Of a stretch of 47,673 nucleotides of DNA, positions 31,164 through 41,029 are shown in pieces. The position numbers and the translations under genes are program-made. Position 1 is the stretch's first letter. Each line of letters begins with the position of its first letter. This DNA comes from Minisyncoccota bacterium. Its GTDB lineage: Bacteria; Patescibacteriota; Minisyncoccia; Phycocordibacterales; UBA9973. Location: assembly GCA_031401615.1 (NCBI GenBank), contig JANNRS010000054.1:1-47673 (forward strand). The letters run 5' to 3'. The notes under the pieces were generated by a model that worked only from the letters and a program-made list of their open reading frames with translations, ran no database searches and was not told the origin of the DNA.

Positions 31164-33053
31164 ATGGCAACAATAACCCCAACAACAGTTCCATCAAAAA
31201 GACTTTCAGAAACCATCAGTGCTTCTGCAACTTCTTTTAAACTATCTGATATAGAAGGATGGAATGGTAGCGATTTAACTTCTGCTGATTTCGGCTCAAA
31301 ACTCTACGCAGTCTTTAGGAATTCTGCAAACACTTTGATGGAAATTATGCAGGTAGACCCAACTACTATAACCGCGGCTAGTTCTCCTATCACTATAACC
31401 CTCCGAGGTCTTAAATTTAATGGTGACTTAACGACTGAAGTCAGTGCTAACAAATTGATTTGGGTTAAGGGGGATACAATTGTGGAGCTTGGTACTCATG
31501 TGCCACAACTCTTAAAACATTTCGTTACAATCGTTGGGAGTCCTGCCATCCAAGAATTGATTGGCTACGCTACCCAACTTACTCCGCTTGATAACAAAGA
31601 CATCCCAACTAAATTTTATGTTGATAACTTGGTGAGTGGTGGGGTGGTCTCAAACAACCGAGTAGTGGCTGCAGGAAATGCTGGGGAAACTCTCTCTACT
31701 GGCAACCTAGTCTACTTTGATTTCACTGACAATGAATGGAAAAAAACTGATGCTGATGTTGCCGCCACAGTAGATAATGTGATGCTCGGGATTGCTCAGG
31801 GAGCTGGTACCGATGGTGGCTCTATCACAGGTGGAGTTTTGCTTTGGGGATTGGACTCAAACCAAAGTGGTTTAACTGCTGGAGATATTGTCTACGCTTC
31901 CAATACCGCTGGGGCAATTGTCTCTGGTACTCCAGGAACCAACGAAAGAGCTATTGGTATGGTGGCTCCTGGTTCTACTACCAGTTTCTACTTTGACCCA
32001 TATTTCTTAAACTCTGTCACTAAAAATCAAAAAGATGCCCTTGCGGGTGCTTCGGGGACTCCTAGCTCTACGAATAAATTTTTGACTGAAGCATCTTTGA
32101 CTGGTTTCATTTCACCATATGCGGGACGGTCTGCCCCTAGCGGATGGTTGATGTGTGATGGTTCAGCGGTCTCACGTTCAACCTATGCTAATCTCTTTGG
32201 GGTTATCGCTCCATCTACTACATTCACAGTTACGATTGCTTCACCTGCTGTATTTTCAAAAACAGGACACGGTTTGGTAACTGGCGACCAAATCCATATC
32301 ACCACTACTGGAGCTTTACCAACAGGTCTTGCTGTAAATACTAATTACTTCGTTATTTCAACAGGACTTACGGCTGATGCGTTTAGAGTCGCCCTTTCTC
32401 CAGAGGGTACGGTGGTCAATACGTCAGGTTCTCAAAGTGGAGTTCACACTTACTACGTGTCTTCTTATGGTAAAGGTGATGGCTCAACTACGTTTAATGT
32501 CCCAGATTTACGTACACGTGTCCCAATAGGTCGTGGTGATAGTAACCCGACAACTACAATTTCATTTGAACCAGCTGCACGTTCGTCTAATGATATTACC
32601 TTGCCAGATAAACACTTCCCAGTTCAAGGTCAAAAAGTCCAACTGACGACAACCACTACATTGCCAACAGGTCTTTCCCTTGTAACTGATTATTGGATAA
32701 TCAGAAATAGCAATACATCTATTGCTTTTGCTACTACTCAAGCAAATGCAAATGCAGGTACCAAGATAACGCTTTCAGATGGTGGTACTGGAGTGCATAC
32801 AATTGTCCATACGAATAATGCAATTGCGATTGTTGGTAGGTTGGCTGGAGAACATGACCATGGCTTGAGTATCGGAGAATTACCAGCTCACACCCACTCA
32901 CTTGAGAATGTTATATCTACGGGAGGTGCTAATCCTTTGTCTCAAGCTGCCAGTACAGCTACGAATCATACAGCTACTGGTTCAACAGGAAGTAATACAG
33001 TGGCTAATAATATGCAGCCTTTTATTGTGTTAAATTACATAATCAAGACTTAA
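31164..33053 (+). CDS. Tail fibre with C-terminal phage tail-collar domain carrying two inserted repeat domains (629 aa)
   Basis: Collar signatures: SGWLMCDGSAVSRSTYANLFGVIA, GDGSTTFNVPDLRTRVPIG, GEHDHGLSIGELPAHTHS and NMQPFIVLNYIIK. Inserts lie at about 32211-32465 and 32537-32846. Confidence 0.8.
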   Translation: MATITPTTVPSKRLSETISASATSFKLSDIEGWNGSDLTSADFGSKLYAVFRNSANTLMEIMQVDPTTITAASSPITITLRGLKFNGDLTTEVSANKLIWVKGDTIVELGTHVPQLLKHFVTIVGSPAIQELIGYATQLTPLDNKDIPTKFYVDNLVSGGVVSNNRVVAAGNAGETLSTGNLVYFDFTDNEWKKTDADVAATVDNVMLGIAQGAGTDGGSITGGVLLWGLDSNQSGLTAGDIVYASNTAGAIVSGTPGTNERAIGMVAPGSTTSFYFDPYFLNSVTKNQKDALAGASGTPSSTNKFLTEASLTGFISPYAGRSAPSGWLMCDGSAVSRSTYANLFGVIAPSTTFTVTIASPAVFSKTGHGLVTGDQIHITTTGALPTGLAVNTNYFVISTGLTADAFRVALSPEGTVVNTSGSQSGVHTYYVSSYGKGDGSTTFNVPDLRTRVPIGRGDSNPTTTISFEPAARSSNDITLPDKHFPVQGQKVQLTTTTTLPTGLSLVTDYWIIRNSNTSIAFATTQANANAGTKITLSDGGTGVHTIVHTNNAIAIVGRLAGEHDHGLSIGELPAHTHSLENVISTGGANPLSQAASTATNHTATGSTGSNTVANNMQPFIVLNYIIKT

Positions 33054-33063
33054 TTAAAAATCT

Positions 33064-34467
33064 ATGGAACCAAACACTATCCCACTCAAAGCACCAGTAA
33101 TTAGCACCGCTCCTGCACCGACTCCTGTGGCTGCTCCTGTCGCTCAACCCTCACCAAAACCAACCGCTTCAACCACTGGCTTGATGACTCCTGCTCAAAT
33201 CCAAGCTGGTATAACCGCAGCTACAGCGGAATTTCAAAGAATCAAGGCTTTGGCTGACCAAAAATTAGCCACTCAGTCCAGCTCAGCAAGTTCGGTCGTC
33301 AGCTCATCTTCACCTGTTGTCCAAACAGAGAATAAGATAAGGTCAGATGTTAGTAGATTGTCGGCGACCCCTGTTGATGAAAATGGATTGCGTGCTAATA
33401 ATTCCATCGCTCTTTTGGATTCCCAATATCAGATGTTAGAAGAGAGGCGCATCAATGAGGTAAATGCCATCAATGCCAATTTTGATGCTACTAAAGCTGG
33501 AACAGAGAAAGCCCAAGCTAATGAAGTAGGGTCTACTTCTGCCTCTCTTGCTAGAATCGGTGGCTACCTTGGTGGTAGCGCCTCTGGTACTGGAGCTATG
33601 CTTAATCTAGTAGCATCCCATCGAGGTGAACTGTTAGCCTTGGAAGCCAAGAGGCAAGCAGCTATTAATGAAGCTAATAACGCCATCACCGACAAACAAT
33701 TCTCTATCGCTCGTCTTAAAGCTGAAGAAGCGAAGCAGATTGAAAAAGATATTCAGGTTCGGAAGGATAAATTCTTTGAGCAGACCATGGATATTAACCG
33801 TGAGCAGAGGCAGCGGGATGAATTTTTGAGCAAGAAATATCAGAATGAACTTGAAAATCTATTCACACTAGACTCTAAAAATATTCCACCTGAGAAATTC
33901 AAGGAGATTGATGACTTTTATGGAATCCCAGGTTTTTCCAAGAATGCTGTTGAAATAAATCGTTCTGCCGCTCAAGCTAAAAGTCAAAAAGAGGTGTTGG
34001 ATGTCCAACAGAAACTCCTTAGTCTTCTAAAGGACATTCCTGCTGGTCAAAAGGTCACTTTCCCTGGTGGGACTGAATATACTGGTATAGGCTCGTCTTC
34101 TGACATCACTACTTTCCAAGAAACTGATGCTAGTGGTTTCGTTAGGATGTTTACCTATAATAAGGGTAATGGGTCTATAACTTCTCAAAATCTTGGAGCT
34201 GTTGGTAAGCCGTCATCTGATTCTATAGATACCAATAACCCTAGTGTAACACAAGCATCAAATGCCTTGGGAGAATTGGTTAACCCTGATACTGGGTATG
34301 TCCCAGTCAATGCTTACATAGAATTCTACAGAGAATATGTAAAATTAAATAATGGTAAAGGACAAGAATTTATACAAAATTTTGACCCATTGGTTTGGAC
34401 TGGTCGTCAAAAAGACTTTTTGGTTAATACTATAAGTAAAACTGGGGGTGAAGATGGCACAGAATAA
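33064..34467 (+). CDS. Virion-associated hypothetical protein (467 aa), Pro/Ala-rich N-terminus and coiled-coil centre
   Basis: Track ORF; APVISTAPAPTPVAAPVAQPSPKP followed by helical Ala/Glu/Lys-rich segments. Confidence 0.5.
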   Translation: MEPNTIPLKAPVISTAPAPTPVAAPVAQPSPKPTASTTGLMTPAQIQAGITAATAEFQRIKALADQKLATQSSSASSVVSSSSPVVQTENKIRSDVSRLSATPVDENGLRANNSIALLDSQYQMLEERRINEVNAINANFDATKAGTEKAQANEVGSTSASLARIGGYLGGSASGTGAMLNLVASHRGELLALEAKRQAAINEANNAITDKQFSIARLKAEEAKQIEKDIQVRKDKFFEQTMDINREQRQRDEFLSKKYQNELENLFTLDSKNIPPEKFKEIDDFYGIPGFSKNAVEINRSAAQAKSQKEVLDVQQKLLSLLKDIPAGQKVTFPGGTEYTGIGSSSDITTFQETDASGFVRMFTYNKGNGSITSQNLGAVGKPSSDSIDTNNPSVTQASNALGELVNPDTGYVPVNAYIEFYREYVKLNNGKGQEFIQNFDPLVWTGRQKDFLVNTISKTGGEDGTE

Positions 34468-34472
34468 TTACT

Positions 34473-37400
34473 ATGGCTTACGAAGAATTATTAAAAAAAT
34501 ATAAAAAAACTGAGACTATTTCTCCTACCACTGGAGAAGTTGACCCAACCGTGCCTAAATTCAATATAACAGAGATTGATTCTCTTAAAGGTAATCCTTA
34601 TAAAAATCTTGTTGAAAATATAAAAAGAGAAAAAAGGGTTCAAAATTATATAGCTGGAACTAGGGCTGATGATGAGGGAATAAGGCAAAGTATGAATCCT
34701 GGTGTATGGCAAACAGTGAAAGATACCGTTAAGGCTGTGCCAGGAGCTGCTGTTGATATGACAAAATTTACGATAACTCATCCTCTTCAAGCTACTAGAG
34801 CCATTGGTACTGGTTTGGCTGATTTTGGTCCTACTGCGGTAAACACATTGCATTGGTTAGGTCGTTCAGTTTTGGGGATGGTGTATGGTAAGGAAAATGC
34901 TCCAACCGAATTTAGGATGCCGAAGCCGTCAGAAACACTGGCTGATTACTTAGGGTATGAAAGGTCTAATGAAGAAAAAGCCTTATCAGAAGCGGTTACT
35001 CAATATCTTGGTTATACAGCTGGAGAAGTAGGAGCTTTGAAAGCTTTTAATTTAGATAAAACATCTCTAATCAGTAAATTCGGACTGAAACATGGCATGA
35101 CGGCTGATGAAGCGGCTGCTATGTTGGTTAGAAATCCAGAACTATCAAAACAAGTTTTGAATTTAAGTTCCAAACAAAAATTATTAACCAATGTTTTGGG
35201 TGATATGAGTGGTGGACAATTGGTCTCTGAATCACAAGACCCCAAAGAAAGAGCAACTCAAGCGCTTTTTGATGGACTTTTTGGAGTTGCTCAATTTGCT
35301 GGTGGTAAATTTTTTAGGAAGAAAGGTGAAATAAAATTAAAGGATGAGGGAGTTAAATTGAATGATACAGAAGTGGTAGAAATGAGAGGTGGGGAAGCGC
35401 CTCCTCCTGGCGGTACTGGAGTTAAATCAGAAAAAGGGAAAGCCCCAGAAAAACCAAAAACTGCTTATGTGGCAAAACAAGACCTCGGTAATGATGCCCG
35501 TGGTAAAAAAATAATGGCTACCACTGAGGTGGATACTAAAACTGGAGATGCTGTGGTCTATTATCTTAAGGAACTAGACAATAATCCTCAATTGAGAGAA
35601 TTGGTTTGGGATTTTGAAGAACCTCATATTTTAGATAAAAGACTTTCACAAACGGGACAATCGTTCACCCCATCTCTCAAAAATCCTGGTGGAAATATAA
35701 GTATTCTTGAATCAGCTATCGGCAGTTTTGCTAAAAAACTCAATCAGACAGTTGATGAAGTTTCAGTCACCTTGAGAGACGACATCCAAAAACTAGCCAA
35801 TAATAATAAGGTTATTACAGAGCAGTTCGCTGATGCTTATGGGTTGTATAAAAATAAACCAGATATGGTTAGGAAGAAGACACCTGTATTGGCTAAATTC
35901 TTTGAACATCAGCTGGTTGAACCGAGGTATTCAAAAAATATAACAACTGCCGATTCGTTGGAATCTCAAATAGGGAAACCTCTTAAAAGTTTTGAAGTCA
36001 AAAAGCCAGTGGAAGTTAAAAAATTAGCTGATGAAATAACTATCCGTGTACAACCTTTGAAAGAAAAGTTGCAAGGATTGACTAAAAATATGGACGCAGA
36101 ACAGGCATCTAAAAAATCAAAGGGTTATGCGATGGAAGTGGCAGCTATTGAAAGAAAACTCAGAGGGAGACCAACTGCCCGCGAATTGGAATTGGCAACT
36201 AAATATCTAAATACTAATTTTAGAGGTAAAAAAGTAACAGTTGATGGTAAACCAGCTACTCTAACTGGGCGTACTTCTTTTGGAAAAAGTGAAGTAATTT
36301 TTGAAGATAAAAGTAATAAATTTGTAAGTAAAGAATCAATAAAAGCTCCAAAGGCGACAAAAGAATCTTCTTTACAATATCTTAAAGATTCTGCAACTAA
36401 AGAACTTGAAGGGCAGGAAGCAATATTTGGTATTAAACAAAATAAAGAAGTTAAAGTTGATGCCAAAAAAGTTGAAAAGCAGACCGTTATAAAAGAAAAA
36501 ATAGTTGAAAAACAGTCTAAATTTACAAAGACTGGTCTTGATACTGGTAAAAGAGTTGAGGGTAAATCTTCATTCAACCCTAATACTATTGATGCGCCAG
36601 AAGATGTTGAAATCTTATTTAACAAGATGGATGCTGAAAATAAAAATTTTAGCGGACAACGAATTTCAAAAGGGAACGAAGACTTGAAAGATTTGGCAAG
36701 GATGACTGGTCTTTCGGAAGATGATTTGTTGCAAATAGACCCTGGCTCTATTGCAAATTCTGAAACTCTCGTAGCCGCTAGACAGCTTGTATTAAATAAA
36801 GCTGCTGATTTGTCAAATAAATTGAAGGAAATAAATATAGAATCAGCTAGTTTAGCTGAAAAACAAGTTGTGCGTGATAGCTTCCTAAAACTTGTTTCTA
36901 TGCAAAAATCAGTTGCGGGACTTAGAACTGAAGCTTCTAATGTCCTTCGTTCTTTTGGGGTAAAACTCCGACCTGGTGAAAACATTGCAATTGATGAGCT
37001 TATTTCAAATCTTAAAAAGTTGGGCATAGAGGATATTGATACAAATAATTTGGCTGCATTGTCTGAAGCCGCTGGGAAAGTGGTGAATTCTATGGAACTT
37101 TCTTTAGGTAAAAAAATTGGTAAAGGTGCTTTGCAGGTTTGGTATGCTTCTATCCTTTCTGGTCCAAAAACAAGTATAAGAAATATCCTTGCAACATCTG
37201 CAAACATTTTAAGTGAGATGGTTTCTAAGACAGCCAATCCAAAACAGTGGAAAGAAATAATCCCAGCTATTAAAGGTATGGCTGAAGGATGGAATAAAAC
37301 ATACGAAAAAGGAAGTTTGAGTAAAATTTTCTCTCTTGAAATGCAAGACCCTATTAGCGGAAAATTTTATGATGCCCCAAATCTACAGGTTGATAATGTC

Positions 37401-38840
37401 TTCACTGGCAAATTTGAAAAATTTGGTAGATTTACTGAAATTGTTGGCAGAATCTTAAATAGGCAAGACCAAAGACTTTCTGCTGTAGCAGAAGGAATGG
37501 AAAAAGCTTCTTTGGGAGTTTATACAAGTAAAATGACAGATGCCACCATGAAAGCCCTTTCTGAAAGTTATGGTATCTCTACTGTCTTTAGAGGACTACC
37601 TAAAGGTAGACTCTTCAGAGCTGGGACATCCGCTACTCTTACATTTTTAAGACAATTCCCTGAAGGAAGGGTGGTTGCGCCGTTCGTTCAAACTATTGGA
37701 AATGTGTTGGATAGACAATTTGATTATTTACCAATTTTCTCAGCATTGAGGTTAGGTAAAGTGAAGATGAAAATTGGGGGTAAGGTAATAGAGTTTGGGT
37801 CTGATATTTTGGAAAGACAAGCAGACGATATTGCTCGTGATTTTGGTATTAAAGATGAGTTACAGAAACAGCTTATCGTTAAGAGGTTGCGTGACCAGCA
37901 AATAGGAAGAATGACTCTTGGTCTCGCAATGACTGGGGCGGCAGTGGTGATGGCAAAAGAGGGAATGGTGTCTGGCGTTGGACCATCAAATTATAATGAG
38001 AAAATTCAATTACAAAGGACTGGCTGGAGACCAAATTCTGTAAAAATTGGAGGATATTGGATACCTTATTCATATTTAGGACCAATTGGAGGAATATTCG
38101 CTCTTGCAGGAAATGTCCACGACTCAGTTGTCTATGATGAAAAACCAAATACAGGAATAAGTGATTTAATTGGGTACGGCATGATTGGTTGGTTAAACAC
38201 CCAACTGGATAATTCATTCTTAAGTGGGGCTGGTGACCTTTATGATGTCATTAACAAAAAGACTAAACCTGGTAAATATGCAAGAGAATTTGCGGCTAAC
38301 CTTACTCCTATACCCCAAGTCCTCACTCAAACAATAGATATTAGTAAAAATATATTAGGTTATGCTGTGGGAGATGAATCTTTTAGGCAACAATATGAAA
38401 CTAGAAGTTATCTTTCAATAATTAGAAAAAGTCTTGGTTTAACAGGAGAAACCTTTGGGATATTTGACAAACTCAATCCAAGATATGACCAGTTTGGTCA
38501 GGTAATGACCAACGACTTAATCTGGGGTATCACTCCATCAAAAGATAAAGCAGAAGCTATGAAAATAGATAGTTTCCTTATCAATAATGACATAGTTGTA
38601 ACTATGCCTGTCTTTAATAAAAGTTATGTAACTCCTCAAGGTGACAAGAAACCTCTAACTGAGGATGAGTATAATAAATATGTCAAAACATCAGGAAGAC
38701 AAATTTATAAAGCATTAGGAGATTACCTCCCTGGACTTAAAAATATGCCACCTGAAATTATAAAGAAAGAAGTAGGGAATCTTGTTGAAAAGATAAGAAA
38801 AAATGTGAGAAACGAGATGTTCTATAGTACTAACCAATAA
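34473..38840 (+). CDS. Giant virion protein (1455 aa); internal/ejection or tape-measure-like function possible
   Basis: Longest ORF. It has a Lys/Glu-rich central region and a hydrophobic segment LGLAMTGAAVVMAKEGMVSGVG near the C-terminal third. No enzymatic motif was recognised. Confidence 0.5.
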   Translation: MAYEELLKKYKKTETISPTTGEVDPTVPKFNITEIDSLKGNPYKNLVENIKREKRVQNYIAGTRADDEGIRQSMNPGVWQTVKDTVKAVPGAAVDMTKFTITHPLQATRAIGTGLADFGPTAVNTLHWLGRSVLGMVYGKENAPTEFRMPKPSETLADYLGYERSNEEKALSEAVTQYLGYTAGEVGALKAFNLDKTSLISKFGLKHGMTADEAAAMLVRNPELSKQVLNLSSKQKLLTNVLGDMSGGQLVSESQDPKERATQALFDGLFGVAQFAGGKFFRKKGEIKLKDEGVKLNDTEVVEMRGGEAPPPGGTGVKSEKGKAPEKPKTAYVAKQDLGNDARGKKIMATTEVDTKTGDAVVYYLKELDNNPQLRELVWDFEEPHILDKRLSQTGQSFTPSLKNPGGNISILESAIGSFAKKLNQTVDEVSVTLRDDIQKLANNNKVITEQFADAYGLYKNKPDMVRKKTPVLAKFFEHQLVEPRYSKNITTADSLESQIGKPLKSFEVKKPVEVKKLADEITIRVQPLKEKLQGLTKNMDAEQASKKSKGYAMEVAAIERKLRGRPTARELELATKYLNTNFRGKKVTVDGKPATLTGRTSFGKSEVIFEDKSNKFVSKESIKAPKATKESSLQYLKDSATKELEGQEAIFGIKQNKEVKVDAKKVEKQTVIKEKIVEKQSKFTKTGLDTGKRVEGKSSFNPNTIDAPEDVEILFNKMDAENKNFSGQRISKGNEDLKDLARMTGLSEDDLLQIDPGSIANSETLVAARQLVLNKAADLSNKLKEINIESASLAEKQVVRDSFLKLVSMQKSVAGLRTEASNVLRSFGVKLRPGENIAIDELISNLKKLGIEDIDTNNLAALSEAAGKVVNSMELSLGKKIGKGALQVWYASILSGPKTSIRNILATSANILSEMVSKTANPKQWKEIIPAIKGMAEGWNKTYEKGSLSKIFSLEMQDPISGKFYDAPNLQVDNVFTGKFEKFGRFTEIVGRILNRQDQRLSAVAEGMEKASLGVYTSKMTDATMKALSESYGISTVFRGLPKGRLFRAGTSATLTFLRQFPEGRVVAPFVQTIGNVLDRQFDYLPIFSALRLGKVKMKIGGKVIEFGSDILERQADDIARDFGIKDELQKQLIVKRLRDQQIGRMTLGLAMTGAAVVMAKEGMVSGVGPSNYNEKIQLQRTGWRPNSVKIGGYWIPYSYLGPIGGIFALAGNVHDSVVYDEKPNTGISDLIGYGMIGWLNTQLDNSFLSGAGDLYDVINKKTKPGKYAREFAANLTPIPQVLTQTIDISKNILGYAVGDESFRQQYETRSYLSIIRKSLGLTGETFGIFDKLNPRYDQFGQVMTNDLIWGITPSKDKAEAMKIDSFLINNDIVVTMPVFNKSYVTPQGDKKPLTEDEYNKYVKTSGRQIYKALGDYLPGLKNMPPEIIKKEVGNLVEKIRKNVRNEMFYSTNQ

Positions 38841-38909
38841 AACCACCCATTATTATGGTAAATATAACACCCCAAAAAAGAATACGCCCCACACCAATAA
38901 CTATTTGCA

Positions 38910-38938
38910 TTGATTTATTCATATCCTGTCATTATAAA
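38910..38938 (+). promoter_or_regulatory. Sigma70-like promoter TTGATT - 17 nt - TATAAA ahead of the lysis cassette
   Basis: Direct reading: ttgatt tattcatatcctgtcat tataaa; 25 nt before ATG 38964. Confidence 0.4.
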
Positions 38939-38963
38939 GATATTTAATTAAAAGTCAATTACC

Positions 38964-39266
38964 ATGGATTTAGAAAATAAATTAATAAAACATTTTGAAG
39001 AAGATAGAGTTAGCTTCAGAAAAATTGAAGATAAATTTCTCGAACAACAAAATGTTCACCTTAAATTTGATGAAAAATTAAATACAATACTGATACATAT
39101 CCATAAGAGTAATGAATTTATGGAAAATATGGCTGGGATTAATGATGTGGTTAAAGGAACAAAACTTCTAAAAACTCCATCTTTATGGTTAATAGCTTTT
39201 GTTGTTGGGATTATTGCTTTAACGGGTGGATTTAGAACAATTATAAATTGGTTTGTAATAAAATAA
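38964..39266 (+). CDS. Holin-like / membrane protein with a single C-terminal TM (100 aa)
   Basis: TM segment LWLIAFVVGIIALTGGF; immediately upstream of the endolysin. Confidence 0.4.
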   Translation: MDLENKLIKHFEEDRVSFRKIEDKFLEQQNVHLKFDEKLNTILIHIHKSNEFMENMAGINDVVKGTKLLKTPSLWLIAFVVGIIALTGGFRTIINWFVIK

Positions 39267-39275
39267 TAAATATAT

Positions 39276-40307
39276 ATGAACAATGAATTAAACACAAGTA
39301 TAGATAAATTCTACGAAAACTATAAGGGGGCATATGACCTTAGAACTCCAGCCGAGAAAGCGAAAGACTACTCACAAGAAGAGTTTGTAGCTTCTGCTTC
39401 CCCTGTAAATTGGGTGGAGAAACAGCCTCACGAATGGCGAAGTTTCCCAGTCTTAAATCAGTTCTTCACTTTTAAGTGTGTAGCATTCACTACCGCCAAA
39501 CTAGCACTTATAAATTTTTGGTTAAAGACAAAAGAGTTTCTACTTTTTAGTCCTAACTCAATCTACGATTACCGAGCAAATAAACCAACCAACGGAATGA
39601 TGGGCAATGATGCTTTCCAAATATGGCAGGACAAGGGAGTTTCTCTTGATGCCGTCTGCAAAAGTGACCAGATGCAGGAGTCAGACCCAATTTTTATTTC
39701 TCTCTTTGCGAAAGAAGTGGCTAAGGGTTTCAAGCTAGGAAATCATATAACTATTCCAGAAAAAGACTTTGACCGAGCAGCTTCTACAATACAAGTGACT
39801 GGTAAAGGGGTAATGGTATGGTTCTATTTTACCGCAAGAGAATGGACTTCAGAGTTTCCTGTAGTGGTGGACGCTCTCGCCAATCCTTATGTGGGAGAAG
39901 CATTAAGACACTCTGTTACTGCTGTTGACTATGGTTTGATAGGCGGTAAAGAGTACATAAAGATTGAAGACTCGGCTCATTTTGGAGGAAGGAATATCAG
40001 ATATATTTCGCGAGAGTTCTTCGTTGCTAGAAACTACTTAATCAAATATCCTATGCAATTCAACTACGAAGACCCACAACAGCCGACCCCTACTCCTAAG
40101 CCAAGTTATAATGGTACAGTAGTGTCTCTTCAAGACTGCCTCAAGCACTATGGTACCTTTCCTCTCAACATAGCAAGCACTGGGGTAATGGGAAATATCA
40201 CTTGGAAAGCCGTAAGAGACTTCCAAGTTAAGGAGGGATTACACCCTACTGGTATAAACAATCTCGGTCCCCTTACGGTTGCGAGATTGAAGGCATTATA
40301 TCCGTAA
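39276..40307 (+). CDS. Endolysin: N-terminal cysteine-peptidase-like domain + C-terminal PG_binding_1 domain (343 aa)
   Basis: The C-terminus GVMGNITWKAVRDFQVKEGLHPTGINNLGPLTVARLKAL is a classic peptidoglycan-binding repeat. The candidate nucleophile lies in FTFKCVAFT. Confidence 0.7.
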   Translation: MNNELNTSIDKFYENYKGAYDLRTPAEKAKDYSQEEFVASASPVNWVEKQPHEWRSFPVLNQFFTFKCVAFTTAKLALINFWLKTKEFLLFSPNSIYDYRANKPTNGMMGNDAFQIWQDKGVSLDAVCKSDQMQESDPIFISLFAKEVAKGFKLGNHITIPEKDFDRAASTIQVTGKGVMVWFYFTAREWTSEFPVVVDALANPYVGEALRHSVTAVDYGLIGGKEYIKIEDSAHFGGRNIRYISREFFVARNYLIKYPMQFNYEDPQQPTPTPKPSYNGTVVSLQDCLKHYGTFPLNIASTGVMGNITWKAVRDFQVKEGLHPTGINNLGPLTVARLKALYP

Positions 40308-40338
40308 GAGAAACTGGCTATCTTATCAGACTCCATCG

Positions 40339-40367
40339 CTGACTGGCTCAGAAGAAGGTAGTATAAT
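40339..40367 (+). promoter_or_regulatory. Promoter-like CTGACT - 17 nt - TATAAT upstream of the 40400 ORF
   Basis: Direct reading; the -10 is embedded in gTAGTATAATt. Confidence 0.35.
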
Positions 40368-40399
40368 TAAGTAGGTCTTTTATTAGTTAATTTAAAATA

Positions 40400-40567
40400 A
40401 TGAGAATATTTGAAGCCTTTAAAAGTAAGAGGGTTTGGACAATACTTGCTCTAGTATTGATAAATGGTTTTGCTTCAGTTCAAGGAATGCTACCCGCCCA
40501 GGTGGTCCAACCTTTAACTTGGGCGCTAGGTCTTTTGGGAGTGTATTTTGGTATCCCAAAGAAATAG
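40400..40567 (+). CDS. Holin candidate, two TM segments (55 aa)
   Basis: Hand-translated MRIFEAFKSKRVWTILALVLINGFASVQGMLPAQVVQPLTWALGLLGVYFGIPKK; lies between the endolysin and the SLT-like gene. Confidence 0.5.
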   Translation: MRIFEAFKSKRVWTILALVLINGFASVQGMLPAQVVQPLTWALGLLGVYFGIPKK

Positions 40568-40629
40568 ATTAGAATTAATCTAAATATATACAGAATCTAA
40601 TAGTTACTACGTTAGTTTTAACGTCTGTT

Positions 40630-41019
40630 TTGGGTTCAAGTCTGAACTTAAAAACTGAAGATGTCGTAGTAGTAGAAAAAGAGATAAAAGCTCCTTGGAC
40701 ATTTGAAACCTTACTGCCGTATTTGGCTAAAAAATATGGTCAGGATGAGAAGTTGGCTCGCGCTATTATAAAGTGTGAAAGCGGAACTAAACCTGACAGT
40801 ATCAACCGTAACTATACTAAAGGCGGCACCGTCTGGTCATCAGACCACGGATATTTCCAAATAAATGACTATTGGAATAAGAAGACCGCAATCCAAAGAG
40901 GATTTGACATCCATCTTTGGGAAGAAAACCTTGAGTACGGCTTCATTCTCCTTAAGGAGAGAGGTACGAATCCTTGGTTGCCATCAAAGCGTTGTTGGAG
41001 TAAAATGATAGAGTCCTAG
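40630..41019 (+). CDS. SLT/lysozyme-like transglycosylase (129 aa from the TTG start; true start uncertain)
   Basis: AIIKCESGTKPDSINRN...SDHGYFQINDYWN (catalytic Glu context and a G-x-x-Q-I motif). The in-frame upstream codons are hydrophobic but lack a canonical start. Confidence 0.6.
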   Translation: MGSSLNLKTEDVVVVEKEIKAPWTFETLLPYLAKKYGQDEKLARAIIKCESGTKPDSINRNYTKGGTVWSSDHGYFQINDYWNKKTAIQRGFDIHLWEENLEYGFILLKERGTNPWLPSKRCWSKMIES

Positions 41020-41029
41020 GACGATTTTT

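Noticed and set aside
36125-37237. 370-aa antisense ORF inside the 1455-aa gene, surprisingly long for an AT-rich genome
   Set aside because: Its codons are offset so that a stop needs a sense codon ending in T/C followed by TA-, or ending in T followed by CA-. This Lys/Glu/Ala/Gly-rich stretch uses A/G-ending codons before every Tyr, Gln and His, so stops are simply absent. The product is low-complexity Ser/Leu/Phe-rich, has no start context, and lies fully within a convincing sense gene.
40630-40645. GGTTCAAGTCTGAAC, reminiscent of a tRNA T-arm (and a similar CCCCGTTCAAAGGG at about 41449-41462)
   Set aside because: The flanking bases do not pair as a T-stem. No acceptor, D or anticodon arms can be drawn. 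Both lie in coding sequence. No tRNA was found anywhere by eye, though a tRNAscan-SE run would be definitive.
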